Shown here piece after piece: positions 52,357 to 61,400 of a stretch of 64,000 nt of DNA. The stretch lies in the IMG/VR virus record IMGVR_UViG_3300009285_007322; one strand, given 5' to 3'. Both the position numbers and the translations under genes were made by a program. Position 1 is the stretch's first letter; the number at the start of each line of letters is the position of its first letter. This DNA comes from a virus. Under the pieces are notes generated by a model. The model was given only the letters and a program-made list of their open reading frames with translations. It was not told the DNA's origin and ran no database searches.

Positions 52357-52802
52357 CGGACGTTTCCTTTCTGATTCCTGTCGATTCCTGTGAGCACATG
52401 CATTCCTGACACCGGTACATATACCGGGGATACACTGGTAAGACTGCAGAAGTCAGCCTGCACGAACAACAGCCGGGTGGACTGGACAGTGTCGCCGGAA
52501 GGCAGGATCACGTGACCCGGAAGCAGAGCCGAAGCTTTCACCGAACCCGCACCGGTCCGGACCACTGTGTCTGGAAGGGCATACATGCGTCGGCTGCCGT
52601 GTTCGGCAGACACTACCAGCAGCTCGATCACCGTACCAGTTCCATGTGCCGGAACAATACGTACCCTGGCCTGAACACGGTTCAGGCTGTCCGGATGGAA
52701 AGCCTGTACGGAGACTTCCTTGAATAGCAGGCGTCGAAGCTGAACGCGAGATCCGGCAGAGTCGACTTGGCAGTCGTCCGGCACACCTGTGCCGCCGATC
52801 AT
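52353..52802 (-). CDS. Stand-alone Hint (intein-like) domain protein lacking splicing residues (149 aa)
   Basis: GVPDDCQVDSAGSRVQLRRL..VSVQAFHPDS..ARV parallels Hint block A. VVRTGAGSVKASALLPGHVI parallels TxxGwxxAxxLxxGDxI. C-terminal FCSL..SGMHVLT parallels YDL..GixVHN. Cys1, the block B His and the terminal His-Asn are all replaced. Confidence 0.55.
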   Translation of the reverse strand: MIGGTGVPDDCQVDSAGSRVQLRRLLFKEVSVQAFHPDSLNRVQARVRIVPAHGTGTVIELLVVSAEHGSRRMYALPDTVVRTGAGSVKASALLPGHVILPSGDTVQSTRLLFVQADFCSLTSVSPVYVPVSGMHVLTGIDRNQKGNVR

Positions 52803-53584
52803 ACCGATCCGGAGGGGCGGGCCTGCAGTTTGTCGATGATCGTCTGGATCCTCGAACTCACTGCGGCGGGTGTCAGCTTCAGCCGTCTGGCTATTTCCTG
52901 TTTCTGCAGAAGCTTGCTTCCGCCATATCCTGTAGTCCATTCGAATATCTTTCGGCTCTTTGGATCCAGGTCGTGGTATACATAGTCCCGCCATGGATCG
53001 TTGCTTTCGTCAGGTGCTCCCTGGAGGAGCGTGTCGCCCTTTTCGGTCTCCAGTCCGGCTTCGGAGATTTCCTTGAACGCGGCCGAGGCCAGATTGATCC
53101 TGCTCTTGCTCAGTCCAGTCTGTTCGGACAGCGTCCCGATGTCCGGTTCGAATCCTTCCGTGTCCTCGAACTCGCGTACCGTGTCTCGCAGTAAGATAGC
53201 ATCCATACGCGAGCGTTCCGGCAATCTCACTGCAGCTGCCCTGTCCGCAGCCACGCGCTGCAGACGCTGAAGGTGGGAATGCACATAGGTACTTAGCTGC
53301 GCTTTCTTCCCGTCTTTGTTCGGATCGAACTGTCTGACAGCCTCCGAAGCCAGTATCCTGGCCTTCGTCCGTAATTCCTGCCTGCCACCGCCGTACGCAT
53401 TCAAGCCCCGCTGAATACTTGGCTCCAGCGTGCGCATGACCGTGTCGAAGTCCTTCTGCTGTCCTGTAGCCTTCCAGGCCGAGTATGCATCAGACAGGTT
53501 CGGGAGATTCGACTGCTTTTCCGGAGTTTCCTCTGCCCGCGGCAGCAAGTCCGGACTCTGTGAGTTCTTTAGCTTTGGCAGCAT
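52799..53584 (-). CDS. sigma70-family RNA polymerase sigma factor
   Basis: Region 2 EAVRQFDP..LSTYV; VRLPE; region 3 PDIGTLSEQTGLS; region 4 LDPKSRKIF..QEIARRLKLTPAAVS. Confidence 0.88.
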   Translation of the reverse strand: MLPKLKNSQSPDLLPRAEETPEKQSNLPNLSDAYSAWKATGQQKDFDTVMRTLEPSIQRGLNAYGGGRQELRTKARILASEAVRQFDPNKDGKKAQLSTYVHSHLQRLQRVAADRAAAVRLPERSRMDAILLRDTVREFEDTEGFEPDIGTLSEQTGLSKSRINLASAAFKEISEAGLETEKGDTLLQGAPDESNDPWRDYVYHDLDPKSRKIFEWTTGYGGSKLLQKQEIARRLKLTPAAVSSRIQTIIDKLQARPSGSV

Positions 53585-53673
53585 TTGTGGACCTCAGCCG
53601 GATAACAGGGATATCGCCGGCTTCGGCGATGCCCTTGCTGTGCAGATACCTGACTACAGACACATCCACGATA

Positions 53674-54360
53674 CTACTCCGACACTACCGCGAACGAACA
53701 CAGGTTCTCAATGTCCGCGGATATTGCCTCCAGGAGCTGGCTCTCCAGTTCCGGAGACTCCTTGGACAACCATACTGTAACCGATGTCTCGAAATCCTGC
53801 ACACTGGTGGACACGTCGTCCAGTTCCGCCACAGTGCGTATTCCAAGCAGCTCCCTGAACTCTCCGGAAGATACACGAAACACATCGGTGGGAACAACAG
53901 CCTGCACATCGGGATCGGTCAATGTGACTGTCAGCGTCAACCTAAGACTGTCCTGCTGGTCCTCCCTATCCACATTCAGCGTACCTATCTGGGAGCCTGT
54001 TCTGTACATGCGCAGAGGAATAGACACCGAGTCCGGTACAGACACCGATGCGGACACATCAGATGCAGTATCCAGAGCTTCCAGTGCACTTTGGATGGAC
54101 GTCAACCACTTTCCCATAGTCTCGGACGAATCCAGTTCCAATTCAAGCCCTGATGCCCGATACCAGCCGGGAGCTGTCAGATCCGAATCGGGATAGTTGT
54201 GCAGATCGGCTTCCGTACATACTCTGGCGAAAGCAGGAGACCCGAAACCGGCACGAACCAGGAACACAGCAGGATCCGATAAGTTGTCCGATTCCGACAG
54301 CCACAGCTGCAGAATGGAAGGGCTTCCATACTCCAAAGTCTTTCCGAGAGTTGTAGACAT
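53674..54360 (-). CDS. Acidic hypothetical protein (228 aa), probably structural
   Basis: ORF in the operon direction. Confidence 0.7.
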   Translation of the reverse strand: MSTTLGKTLEYGSPSILQLWLSESDNLSDPAVFLVRAGFGSPAFARVCTEADLHNYPDSDLTAPGWYRASGLELELDSSETMGKWLTSIQSALEALDTASDVSASVSVPDSVSIPLRMYRTGSQIGTLNVDREDQQDSLRLTLTVTLTDPDVQAVVPTDVFRVSSGEFRELLGIRTVAELDDVSTSVQDFETSVTVWLSKESPELESQLLEAISADIENLCSFAVVSE

Positions 54361-54364
54361 TTCG

Positions 54365-54703
54365 TCAAGTCCCGAGACTTATGATCTGCACCAGCACACT
54401 GATCAGTAGGATTACAACGTTAGCTACCGTGAGCGTCGTCATGAATCCACGTCTAACTGCCCGATCATCCAACACCACTATGGCACTTTCCATAAGTACT
54501 TCCACCCCTGTACCTATGGATTTGATATACGAAAGCTGGGCCTCCATCATATCGTTCATAGCCGTATGGGCCGCACACACCTTCGTTCCTGGCGAATCAC
54601 GATGCAGGTCGTGCAGTGCCTTATCGGCCGAATCCCGCGCTTTCCTGCTGGACTGCAAGGCGATGCTCATCGACTTCGACAGAACCTTGTCGCTGACGGC
54701 CAT
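54365..54703 (-). CDS. Protein with C-terminal transmembrane helix (112 aa), holin-like candidate
   Basis: FMTTLTVANVVILLISVLVQIISL. Confidence 0.6.
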   Translation of the reverse strand: MAVSDKVLSKSMSIALQSSRKARDSADKALHDLHRDSPGTKVCAAHTAMNDMMEAQLSYIKSIGTGVEVLMESAIVVLDDRAVRRGFMTTLTVANVVILLISVLVQIISLGT

Positions 54704-54739
54704 TATCTGTCCCTTTCGTAGCCAGCTAAAAGCTATGGA

Positions 54740-54748
54740 TACTATAAC
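54740..54748 (-). promoter_or_regulatory. Putative -10 element GTTATAGTA
   Basis: Identical to 1078-1086; intergenic. Confidence 0.3.
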
Positions 54749-54870
54749 CCCGGGCCTTGCCCTTATGTAGGAGCAAGGCCCGGGGACGGCAGCAACAAGT
54801 AAGTTCCTATGGGAACTTCAGCTTGCTGCTTGCAGCCTGCTTGTGCGCTTGATCTACGATACGTACAAAC

Positions 54871-55317
54871 TCAGACGCCAGCATTGCGTTTCCTTTCGCA
54901 CGTCGCCGTACAGCTACATTCTGGACCATCTGCCCTGTCTTCGTCAACTGGTAGCTCTTTCTGTCCGAACTGCTTCCAGTCCGGCATGTCCGCCAATTCC
55001 TTCGGAAGCCAGCTGCGCTTGATCATCTCCTCATAGTGCAAGACAAACATGGCATTGCACATGATCGCCGCCATGTGATCTTCACTCGCGTCTCCCTGCC
55101 TGTATTGCATCAGATGACGTTCCAGACTGGTAATACACCTGGAGATCGGCATTCCCTTGGCCCAGTTCCATGCAGCGTACTTGCGTGCTCCATCCCGCAG
55201 CCAGTTCCCCAACCGCTCTGCGGCGAATGGACTGGACAGGTCCGGCCTGGATTTGCTGTCTGCAGTATCCCGCACAGCTCCTGTATCGAATTGTTCGCGC
55301 TTTCCGGAATCATGCAT
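54871..55317 (-). CDS. dATP/dGTP diphosphohydrolase-domain (DUF5664-type) protein
   Basis: F.TGAVRD..K.RPDL..GARKY..WNW.KGMP..SLERHL..EDHMAAIMCNAMF. Confidence 0.88.
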   Translation of the reverse strand: MHDSGKREQFDTGAVRDTADSKSRPDLSSPFAAERLGNWLRDGARKYAAWNWAKGMPISRCITSLERHLMQYRQGDASEDHMAAIMCNAMFVLHYEEMIKRSWLPKELADMPDWKQFGQKELPVDEDRADGPECSCTATCERKRNAGV

Positions 55318-55885
55318 GTCGGATATCTTTCCAGCTATCGTTCTCAGCCAGTTCCAGCAAACCTTCCATATCGATGCCAAAGCCTCCCCAGAACCTCCAG
55401 TTGTATGGCGTGTCAGCGCTCGAATACATGAGCACGCAAGGAACCCCTGCCATGACCGCTGCAGCCACATTCGCAGGGCTGTCGTCGACAACCACATCAG
55501 GACCGATCTTGAGGTAGATCTGCATCTTGGAAGACGAAGCCTCGAGCAGGACAGCAGCAACGTCAGGAAACAGTTCAGCGATCTGTTTCGCAGTCCTTTC
55601 ATGAATAGCTTTGTCCCTGCAGGTGGCGATCCAGACATCGTGTCCTTTCCGGCACAGCTGTGCCACAAATGCCTGAGCTCCTGAACGCACAGGCAGGGTA
55701 CACATGAACTCAGGATCCGAGAACAGCTCATACACACGAGCACGCACATCCTGCTGGATAGTGGTAAAACACCAATCGCGGGCGTCCAGCATCGTATGCT
55801 GTCCAGGACGCCCCAGATCGCTGCATGCCCTTTCGAGCACAGGCATTTCCAGCAATGTAGAGTCGAGATCGACCACGAATTTCAT
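55310..55885 (-). CDS. HAD-superfamily 5'(3')-deoxyribonucleotidase-like phosphatase
   Basis: VDLDSTL (motif I); IATCR (II); K..VVVDDSP.N (III/IV). Confidence 0.85.
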   Translation of the reverse strand: MKFVVDLDSTLLEMPVLERACSDLGRPGQHTMLDARDWCFTTIQQDVRARVYELFSDPEFMCTLPVRSGAQAFVAQLCRKGHDVWIATCRDKAIHERTAKQIAELFPDVAAVLLEASSSKMQIYLKIGPDVVVDDSPANVAAAVMAGVPCVLMYSSADTPYNWRFWGGFGIDMEGLLELAENDSWKDIRHA

Positions 55886-55911
55886 CCCGGGCCTTCCTGG
55901 AATCAATCCGT

Positions 55912-56955
55912 TCAGACGCCATCGCCGAGTTTAATCGGCCATTGGTTCGTCAACCCATGCTTATGGGTGAAGAAGCACAGAAGCTGTTCGGGACTGCTGT
56001 TCCTGTGCAGCCGGAACCTGCTGAACTGGTTGTTGCCGATCATCGACGGGCACATCACAATGCTGCTGGACAGCATTGCATGATGATGCCAATGCCCCGT
56101 GAATGCGTACACGAAGTCCTTCTCGGTTCCAGACCTGGCCTTATGCTCCTGGTCGAACGTGGACTCGATAGGATAGTACGGAACACGGTTGTTCATGTTG
56201 ACCTCGCCACTGTGCGTCAGAAGGCAGTTCCAGCCTTCCACATCGGCAATGGTCATGATCGACTGCGGGATATGCCACTCCACGTTCTCGAGATTGGCAG
56301 TGTACCCCTGGGCAATCAGGTACACAGACATGTCCCAGTTGCGGTCTGCCGTCATCTTGGTGACCGGCTTCTTGCCTTCCCTGCCGTGGTTGCCGCACAG
56401 ACCCCACACACGCACCTTCTCGAAATGGGATGCCAGAGAAGTAATCTGCATGGCGAACTGCATACCGACCTTGGGTACTGCTACCGGCATCGGCATAGAT
56501 ACTCCGTAGGACTCCTCCTGCGGATGGATCTTGCCGCAGAACCAGTCACCCAGGCTCCAAATGTCCAGAGCAGGAACGCGAGACGCCTGCCGCATAATAT
56601 TCGTCAGCTCGACCGTCTTCTTCGCAGTTACATCCATGCGCTTGACGAATGTGTTCCAGTCGTACTGCGCAAGCCCTTCCATCTCTTCCAGACGCACAAC
56701 CTCTTCGGCGTGCGCGTCCGTGACCACCAGCACTGCATGCAGCGGATCGTGCTTCAGATTGGGTTTGCCATACCTGATCGGAGTCTGAGGCTCGAATGCC
56801 TGAATGGCATCCTTCACTTCGCGGAACAGCATCTGATCTGTGCCCTGCTGTCCGCGAAGCTCCCGGTTCTCGGCTTCCAGCTTGGCGATGTAGTTGCGAT
56901 CTGCGATGGACGAACCCGTCCTGTCCGAATCGGATGCGAATTGAGATCTGTTCAT
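55912..56955 (-). CDS. Calcineurin-like metallophosphoesterase
   Basis: TDAH; LGDW; GNHGR; LTH; GHWH. All five motifs are present. Confidence 0.9.
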   Translation of the reverse strand: MNRSQFASDSDRTGSSIADRNYIAKLEAENRELRGQQGTDQMLFREVKDAIQAFEPQTPIRYGKPNLKHDPLHAVLVVTDAHAEEVVRLEEMEGLAQYDWNTFVKRMDVTAKKTVELTNIMRQASRVPALDIWSLGDWFCGKIHPQEESYGVSMPMPVAVPKVGMQFAMQITSLASHFEKVRVWGLCGNHGREGKKPVTKMTADRNWDMSVYLIAQGYTANLENVEWHIPQSIMTIADVEGWNCLLTHSGEVNMNNRVPYYPIESTFDQEHKARSGTEKDFVYAFTGHWHHHAMLSSSIVMCPSMIGNNQFSRFRLHRNSSPEQLLCFFTHKHGLTNQWPIKLGDGV

Positions 56956-56964
56956 GACTTCTCC

Positions 56965-57426
56965 TTAGATATCCCTGACGCCCGACACCGTAGACAACGC
57001 CCACTCCTTGGTGGCCGGAGTACACCAGTACAGTTGCTTACCCTTACGTACCTGGAAGACTCTGAATTCGGGATCCGCGATCACCTTTCGAAGATAGGCG
57101 GAGGAATATCCCTGCACCATTCTGGTTCCTATGAACTCTGCCTGACTCAAAATCTCGTCGTCCGTGAGAGAGGTCACGGCCTTGCGAACACATTCCCTGG
57201 TACACTGCTCAGGAGACAGCTTCTCAGGAACTGCAGACGGCACCGAAACTGCCGTATGCTGTTGGCCTGTTCCCTTTGGAACCAGTCCCATCCGTTTGAT
57301 GCCTCGACGAGCTGCTCGTTCGCAGAACCCGCCCACTTTAGCGACCCTGTTTGACATCCCACACAAGCTTCGTTCGCTTTCCAGTTCCTGCCTGTGAGCT
57401 TTGATCCATTCGATGATCCGTCCCAT
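56965..57426 (-). CDS. Hypothetical protein, possibly DNA-binding
   Basis: AGGA RBS; ORF in the operon direction. Confidence 0.65.
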   Translation of the reverse strand: MGRIIEWIKAHRQELESERSLCGMSNRVAKVGGFCERAARRGIKRMGLVPKGTGQQHTAVSVPSAVPEKLSPEQCTRECVRKAVTSLTDDEILSQAEFIGTRMVQGYSSAYLRKVIADPEFRVFQVRKGKQLYWCTPATKEWALSTVSGVRDI

Positions 57427-57498
57427 TCCTGTTCCTTTCCGTTTACAGAAAGGCCCGCATATCCGGAATGGACATGCGGGCCTGATCTGTCTGCCTAC

Positions 57499-58302
57499 TT
57501 ACTTCGCCATGGACTGATCTGTGACTACGGTCGTATCTTTGACAGTGCCGTCTGCCTGGGTCTCCTTGACCACAGACACCAAAGACTGCGCACCGGATGC
57601 CACCGCGCCGTACACGGTGAACTTGGACAGCTCACCTACAACATCCTTAACCACACCGCCCACGGCGCCGGTGATCGCCACGATACCGTCAGAACGCACT
57701 TTGATCAGGTTGGCCGAGCCAGCCCAGTGCTTCTCGAGCGAAGTGCCGAGTCCAATATTGATCTTCTCGATAACGGAAGCCTGACCAGCGTACTTGGCCA
57801 CGATGGTACCAGCATCCCTGGACACCCCGCCTGTAGCTTCGTCGACAGAGAACGAGAACCCTTCGCGGTTGTCACGTACGCCAAGCATGGTACCAGGAAC
57901 CGCAGGATCGAAGCCCAGCAGATTACCGATCTTCAGCGTCAGCTTCTTGAACCCGCCTCCCAGCGTCTGCATGCTGGCCCATTTGGTCATGGTCTCATAG
58001 TCCTCAGCCAGCGGAACTTCCTGGTCCTTGACCTTGATGGTGGCCAGACTGCCGTCGGGATTACGAGCCCAATTGCGGCAGTTCTGATAGTGAACCAGTC
58101 CGGTGTCCTGAATCTGACTGAACTGCTCCGGAACGCTGGTGGCGCCGGTCTTGATCGCAGTGACCAGCACATCCTCTGTGACATTGTCGCTGTTGGGGTT
58201 TTGCAGGGCCGCATTCACACCGGCCTGGTAAGCCGCACGAGGTGTAGTGCAGCCTGCGAGCACGAGACACACAAGACCGATTCCGACAAGCAGCTTCTTC
58301 AT
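57499..58302 (-). CDS. Lipoprotein (267 aa)
   Basis: MKK plus hydrophobic segment plus lipobox LAGC (Cys18); GGAGAAGG RBS. Confidence 0.85.
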   Translation of the reverse strand: MKKLLVGIGLVCLVLAGCTTPRAAYQAGVNAALQNPNSDNVTEDVLVTAIKTGATSVPEQFSQIQDTGLVHYQNCRNWARNPDGSLATIKVKDQEVPLAEDYETMTKWASMQTLGGGFKKLTLKIGNLLGFDPAVPGTMLGVRDNREGFSFSVDEATGGVSRDAGTIVAKYAGQASVIEKINIGLGTSLEKHWAGSANLIKVRSDGIVAITGAVGGVVKDVVGELSKFTVYGAVASGAQSLVSVVKETQADGTVKDTTVVTDQSMAK

Positions 58303-58384
58303 TCTAACCTTCTCCTTGTTTGTTCCTTCCGAGGCTTTTCCGTCGGAAGAGGTTGGCGTATCTATAAGATAGCGTCTCCGGGGC

Positions 58385-58576
58385 TCAAGTCATCAGCATG
58401 TACACGCCGATGCCTGCCACTATGATCGGTAAAGCGGCAGCTGGCCCTACCATGCTCGTCACTACCCCTACAAGTGCCCCTACAAGCAGGCACCGTCCAA
58501 CAAAGTGTACAGTCCGCCTCTGACGATGCTCGCGGGATCGCGGGTCGCGGAACCATTGCGGATATCTTCCGCCCAT
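58385..58576 (-). CDS. Small two-TM membrane protein (63 aa), holin-like candidate
   Basis: AGGAGG RBS; basic N-terminus followed by two hydrophobic segments. Confidence 0.6.
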   Translation of the reverse strand: MGGRYPQWFRDPRSREHRQRRTVHFVGRCLLVGALVGVVTSMVGPAAALPIIVAGIGVYMLMT

Positions 58577-58584
58577 ATCGCCTC

Positions 58585-58878
58585 CTACGCCTGCCAATAT
58601 TCCACAGGCTCGTCTCCACTGTCCGAATCGTTGCAGCCGCACTCGTGCTCGATCTCGATGTCATCAAGCGTGGACGCACGTCGCACGAATAGGTCAGCAA
58701 GGGCCTTACGTGCGTTCCAGTTTCCATTGCCTTCCATGATTGTAATGGTACGACCTTCGTTGTTCACATACGTGAGAAGCACCTGGACATCGCCGAACTC
58801 GGCAAGCTGCCTAGTCAGGTGTACAATGGCTGCGCCAATCTCTTCATCAGTCATGCCTTCGATGTCCCGTGTTCCCAC
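58585..58878 (-). CDS. Hypothetical protein (97 aa)
   Basis: AGGAG RBS; GTG start. Confidence 0.65.
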   Translation of the reverse strand: MGTRDIEGMTDEEIGAAIVHLTRQLAEFGDVQVLLTYVNNEGRTITIMEGNGNWNARKALADLFVRRASTLDDIEIEHECGCNDSDSGDEPVEYWQA

Positions 58879-58889
58879 GTCAGTACTCC

Positions 58890-59606
58890 TTAGCGGAAGT
58901 TGAGTGCCTTCGGTACTCGCACACGCACAGGATTGCCGTCTACCACTCCTATGTAGATCATGCCATCTGTTCCATCATTAACTGGAAATCCTCCCTGAAC
59001 CACGCCATCCAGCGCACCCCCTTCGTAGGAAATCAACGCTGTTCCATCAGGACGCCTGACGGCCGACAGTGCCGCCTGGTCGTAGTTAGGTTTCTGCCTG
59101 ACCGGTTCGGAAACAGCGGTTTCAGCTGCAGTACCAGCAGCCTGCGGGACTGGAAGCCTCGGCGATTCCAGAAGAGTGTCCATCCACGACGGACGTTCAG
59201 CGTCCTCCAGTGGTGCTCTGACGGGAAGAGAAGCAGGTTTGGAGAACACTTCCTTCCGTGTCGGAGCTGGTGGCACAGGTGTGCCGGAAATCTCCGGAAA
59301 CTCCATGTCCTTGACAATGGTGCACCGGCGGTTGTACAGGGGAATCACAGAGTCCCCGACCTTGATCACCACCGGAGTTCCGTCCGGATTCGTGGCCACC
59401 GTCTCATCTATCACGATTCCACTTTGTCCAGAGAACGTATTGGTTCTGGACAGAATCTCCACAGCACCGCTGCTGAGTGCAGTCTTCAGGATATCTGAAG
59501 ACACTGGAGAACTACGAATCAAAGAAGGCTGATCAGGACGAGGGCGTGACACAATGCAGCCAGCGAGCAAGAGAGAAGCAACGATACATACCTGGAGACT
59601 TTTCAC
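58890..59606 (-). CDS. Pro-rich lipoprotein (238 aa)
   Basis: Lipobox LAGC (Cys17). Confidence 0.8.
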   Translation of the reverse strand: MKSLQVCIVASLLLAGCIVSRPRPDQPSLIRSSPVSSDILKTALSSGAVEILSRTNTFSGQSGIVIDETVATNPDGTPVVIKVGDSVIPLYNRRCTIVKDMEFPEISGTPVPPAPTRKEVFSKPASLPVRAPLEDAERPSWMDTLLESPRLPVPQAAGTAAETAVSEPVRQKPNYDQAALSAVRRPDGTALISYEGGALDGVVQGGFPVNDGTDGMIYIGVVDGNPVRVRVPKALNFR

Positions 59607-59685
59607 TTGTGTTCTTTCCTTTGGTTGTCAATACCGTATCATTTCTACAAGCATATTCAAACAAAGACAACTGCGATATCACCTC

Positions 59686-59931
59686 CTACGGCATTACGCC
59701 GCCTGTACGCGATGGATCTGCCGACATTTGCCGTTCCAGCAGATTCACTTTCTGCTGCGGCTCGCGCATCTCGCTCCTGCGCTCGGACACGCCTTCCGCC
59801 AACGTATCTGCGCGGACCAGTAGATAACTCATCAACGCCAGACCGAGAGCAGCAATGATAAACAGAGACCTGCGCATCTCCACCACCCAGTCTCGCAATT
59901 CACGCTCATGCTTCTTACTCATGGTGTTCAC
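59686..59931 (-). CDS. Single-TM protein with C-terminal coiled coil, i-spanin-like candidate
   Basis: SLFIIAALGLALMSYLLV followed by a heptad-like segment; upstream of a lipoprotein. Confidence 0.5.
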   Translation of the reverse strand: MNTMSKKHERELRDWVVEMRRSLFIIAALGLALMSYLLVRADTLAEGVSERRSEMREPQQKVNLLERQMSADPSRTGGVMP

Positions 59932-60014
59932 CTGATGTCGTGCGCCCCGCTGCCGTCCGCATCGTCGTACCTCCTGCGGGCACCATGCCCGGTGTTACGC
60001 TACCACGCGCGCGG

Positions 60015-60170
60015 TCACTTCGCCACGGGTCGCAGGCCCAGAGCCTGCTCCAGCGTCTCCACGCGTGCCCGTAGCTGCGGCACGCTGTTCTCGCTGCCGG
60101 GGTTCGCGGCCACCGCCGTGCGCTTTGCCTTGCGGGGCAGGTACTCGCTCTTGTCGTGTCGGTGCGTCAT
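60015..60170 (-). CDS. Small hypothetical protein (51 aa)
   Basis: ATGA overlap; LRARVETLEQAL coil typical of tail-fibre-associated peptides. Confidence 0.6.
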   Translation of the reverse strand: MTHRHDKSEYLPRKAKRTAVAANPGSENSVPQLRARVETLEQALGLRPVAK

Positions 60171-60571
60171 GCGGGCCACTCCACGTTGACCGCGGCCACC
60201 GCCGCCGCGTCTGCCGCCAGGTCGATCCGGTCTGCCGCCGCGTCCTCTGCCGTCGTGCATGCGTGGATCCAGGCGGCGCACTCCTCGGCCTGGGCCGCGG
60301 CGTAGACTCCCAGCGCACAGTTGATCTGCGCCCAGTCCGGCCAGCGGTCCAGGATGCGCCGCGCGCACTCCATGCGGTTCGCCGTGATGGCGCGCGTTTT
60401 CAGTTCGGCCAGCGTGGGCGGGGGTGGCGCGGGCGGGTCGGGCTGCACGATGTAGCCAAACCGGGCTAGCGTCGCCTCGTCCTCGTTGCCGGTCCAGTGC
60501 CAGGCCTCGTCAGACCAGCGGCGGCCGGGCGTGATGGTGCGGAGTTGGCCGGATGGGGTGAGGATGGTCAT
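60167..60571 (-). CDS. Tail fibre assembly-like protein
   Basis: PPPTLAELKTRAI..W.Q.N..A..V.AV..W pattern at the end of the tail-fibre module. Confidence 0.6.
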   Translation of the reverse strand: MTILTPSGQLRTITPGRRWSDEAWHWTGNEDEATLARFGYIVQPDPPAPPPPTLAELKTRAITANRMECARRILDRWPDWAQINCALGVYAAAQAEECAAWIHACTTAEDAAADRIDLAADAAAVAAVNVEWPA

Positions 60572-60572
60572 G

Positions 60573-61397
60573 TCAGTACACCGCCCATTTGGTGTTCAGA
60601 TAGCCCTCGATCTCCGCGATGTCAGCAGCCGACACGCCGGCACTATGTTGGTACATCAGGCATTCCCCGACCCATCCATATAGCGGATAGGTGGCAGACG
60701 CGCCCGGCGCTCCAACCGAGACTCCGAGCAGGGGTATCCCGCCCAGACTCATCGCCGTTTCCAGCCCCCATGTGTACGCGTCTGGGGCGACACTGTAGGC
60801 GAGGCTGCCATTGATGAATATCCCCATGCTGCCTGCGCCCCCCCCGGCATTGCGCATGTCGTGCCGGAACAGCGCCATCGGCGCCATCGCCGCTCCCGTA
60901 GTGTAGCTCTTCCCGCCAAGCGGCCCGCTGCCGTAGGTCCCAATGCCGTAGTACGCCCCATTGGCTGCCAGGTAGCGCAGCGATGACCGCGTACTCGTGG
61001 CCGTGTTCAAGCTGAACACGCCGCACAATTGCCAGTCTGGCAGAGTCTGCTGTTTGGCCAGGACAAAGATGGTGGCGCGGCACCAGTTTCCGGCCGCGCC
61101 AAACGGGTCGCCAGGCACGACCAGAGACCGCGTACCGGGGGAGTTCAGAGCAGCCAGCCCGTTCTGTATGCTGGTCTTGTAGTAGGGCCGCAGGGCGGCT
61201 GTGGCCTGCGACGCGTTGTAGCCGTTGCCCGAGAGATCGGGCAGGGTCTGCACTGTGTCGCCATCATTGTACCCCACCAGCTCGGATGGGTCATACCAGG
61301 CTGACGGCAGCAGCCCACCATCGGCCGTCGGGCTGGCTGGCGTCCACGCCCCGCCCCGCGTCCGCGCGGCCCTGAGTTGTGCCTGCCAGTGCTGCAT
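60573..61397 (-). CDS. LamG/concanavalin A-like lectin-domain protein (receptor-binding candidate)
   Basis: WYD..D.D.V..DLSGNG.NA.Q..RP..NG..L..G.VGE..Y..IE.YL..KW. Confidence 0.8.
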   Translation of the reverse strand: MQHWQAQLRAARTRGGAWTPASPTADGGLLPSAWYDPSELVGYNDGDTVQTLPDLSGNGYNASQATAALRPYYKTSIQNGLAALNSPGTRSLVVPGDPFGAAGNWCRATIFVLAKQQTLPDWQLCGVFSLNTATSTRSSLRYLAANGAYYGIGTYGSGPLGGKSYTTGAAMAPMALFRHDMRNAGGGAGSMGIFINGSLAYSVAPDAYTWGLETAMSLGGIPLLGVSVGAPGASATYPLYGWVGECLMYQHSAGVSAADIAEIEGYLNTKWAVY

Positions 61398-61400
61398 GGA

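Noticed and set aside
53500-53667. 59 aa ORF (MDVSVVRYLHSKGIAEAGDIPVIRL..) overlapping the sigma N-terminus
   Set aside because: It has a plausible RBS but conflicts with the sigma start. This cannot be resolved without homologues, so it is not called.
55942-57354. Long opposite-strand or alternative-frame ORFs (also 23853..25325, 31722..32957, 61377..62444, 21723..22739, 18803..19765)
   Set aside because: These are shadows of well-supported genes, produced by high GC3. They have no motifs or RBS and an Arg/Pro/His-rich nonsense composition.
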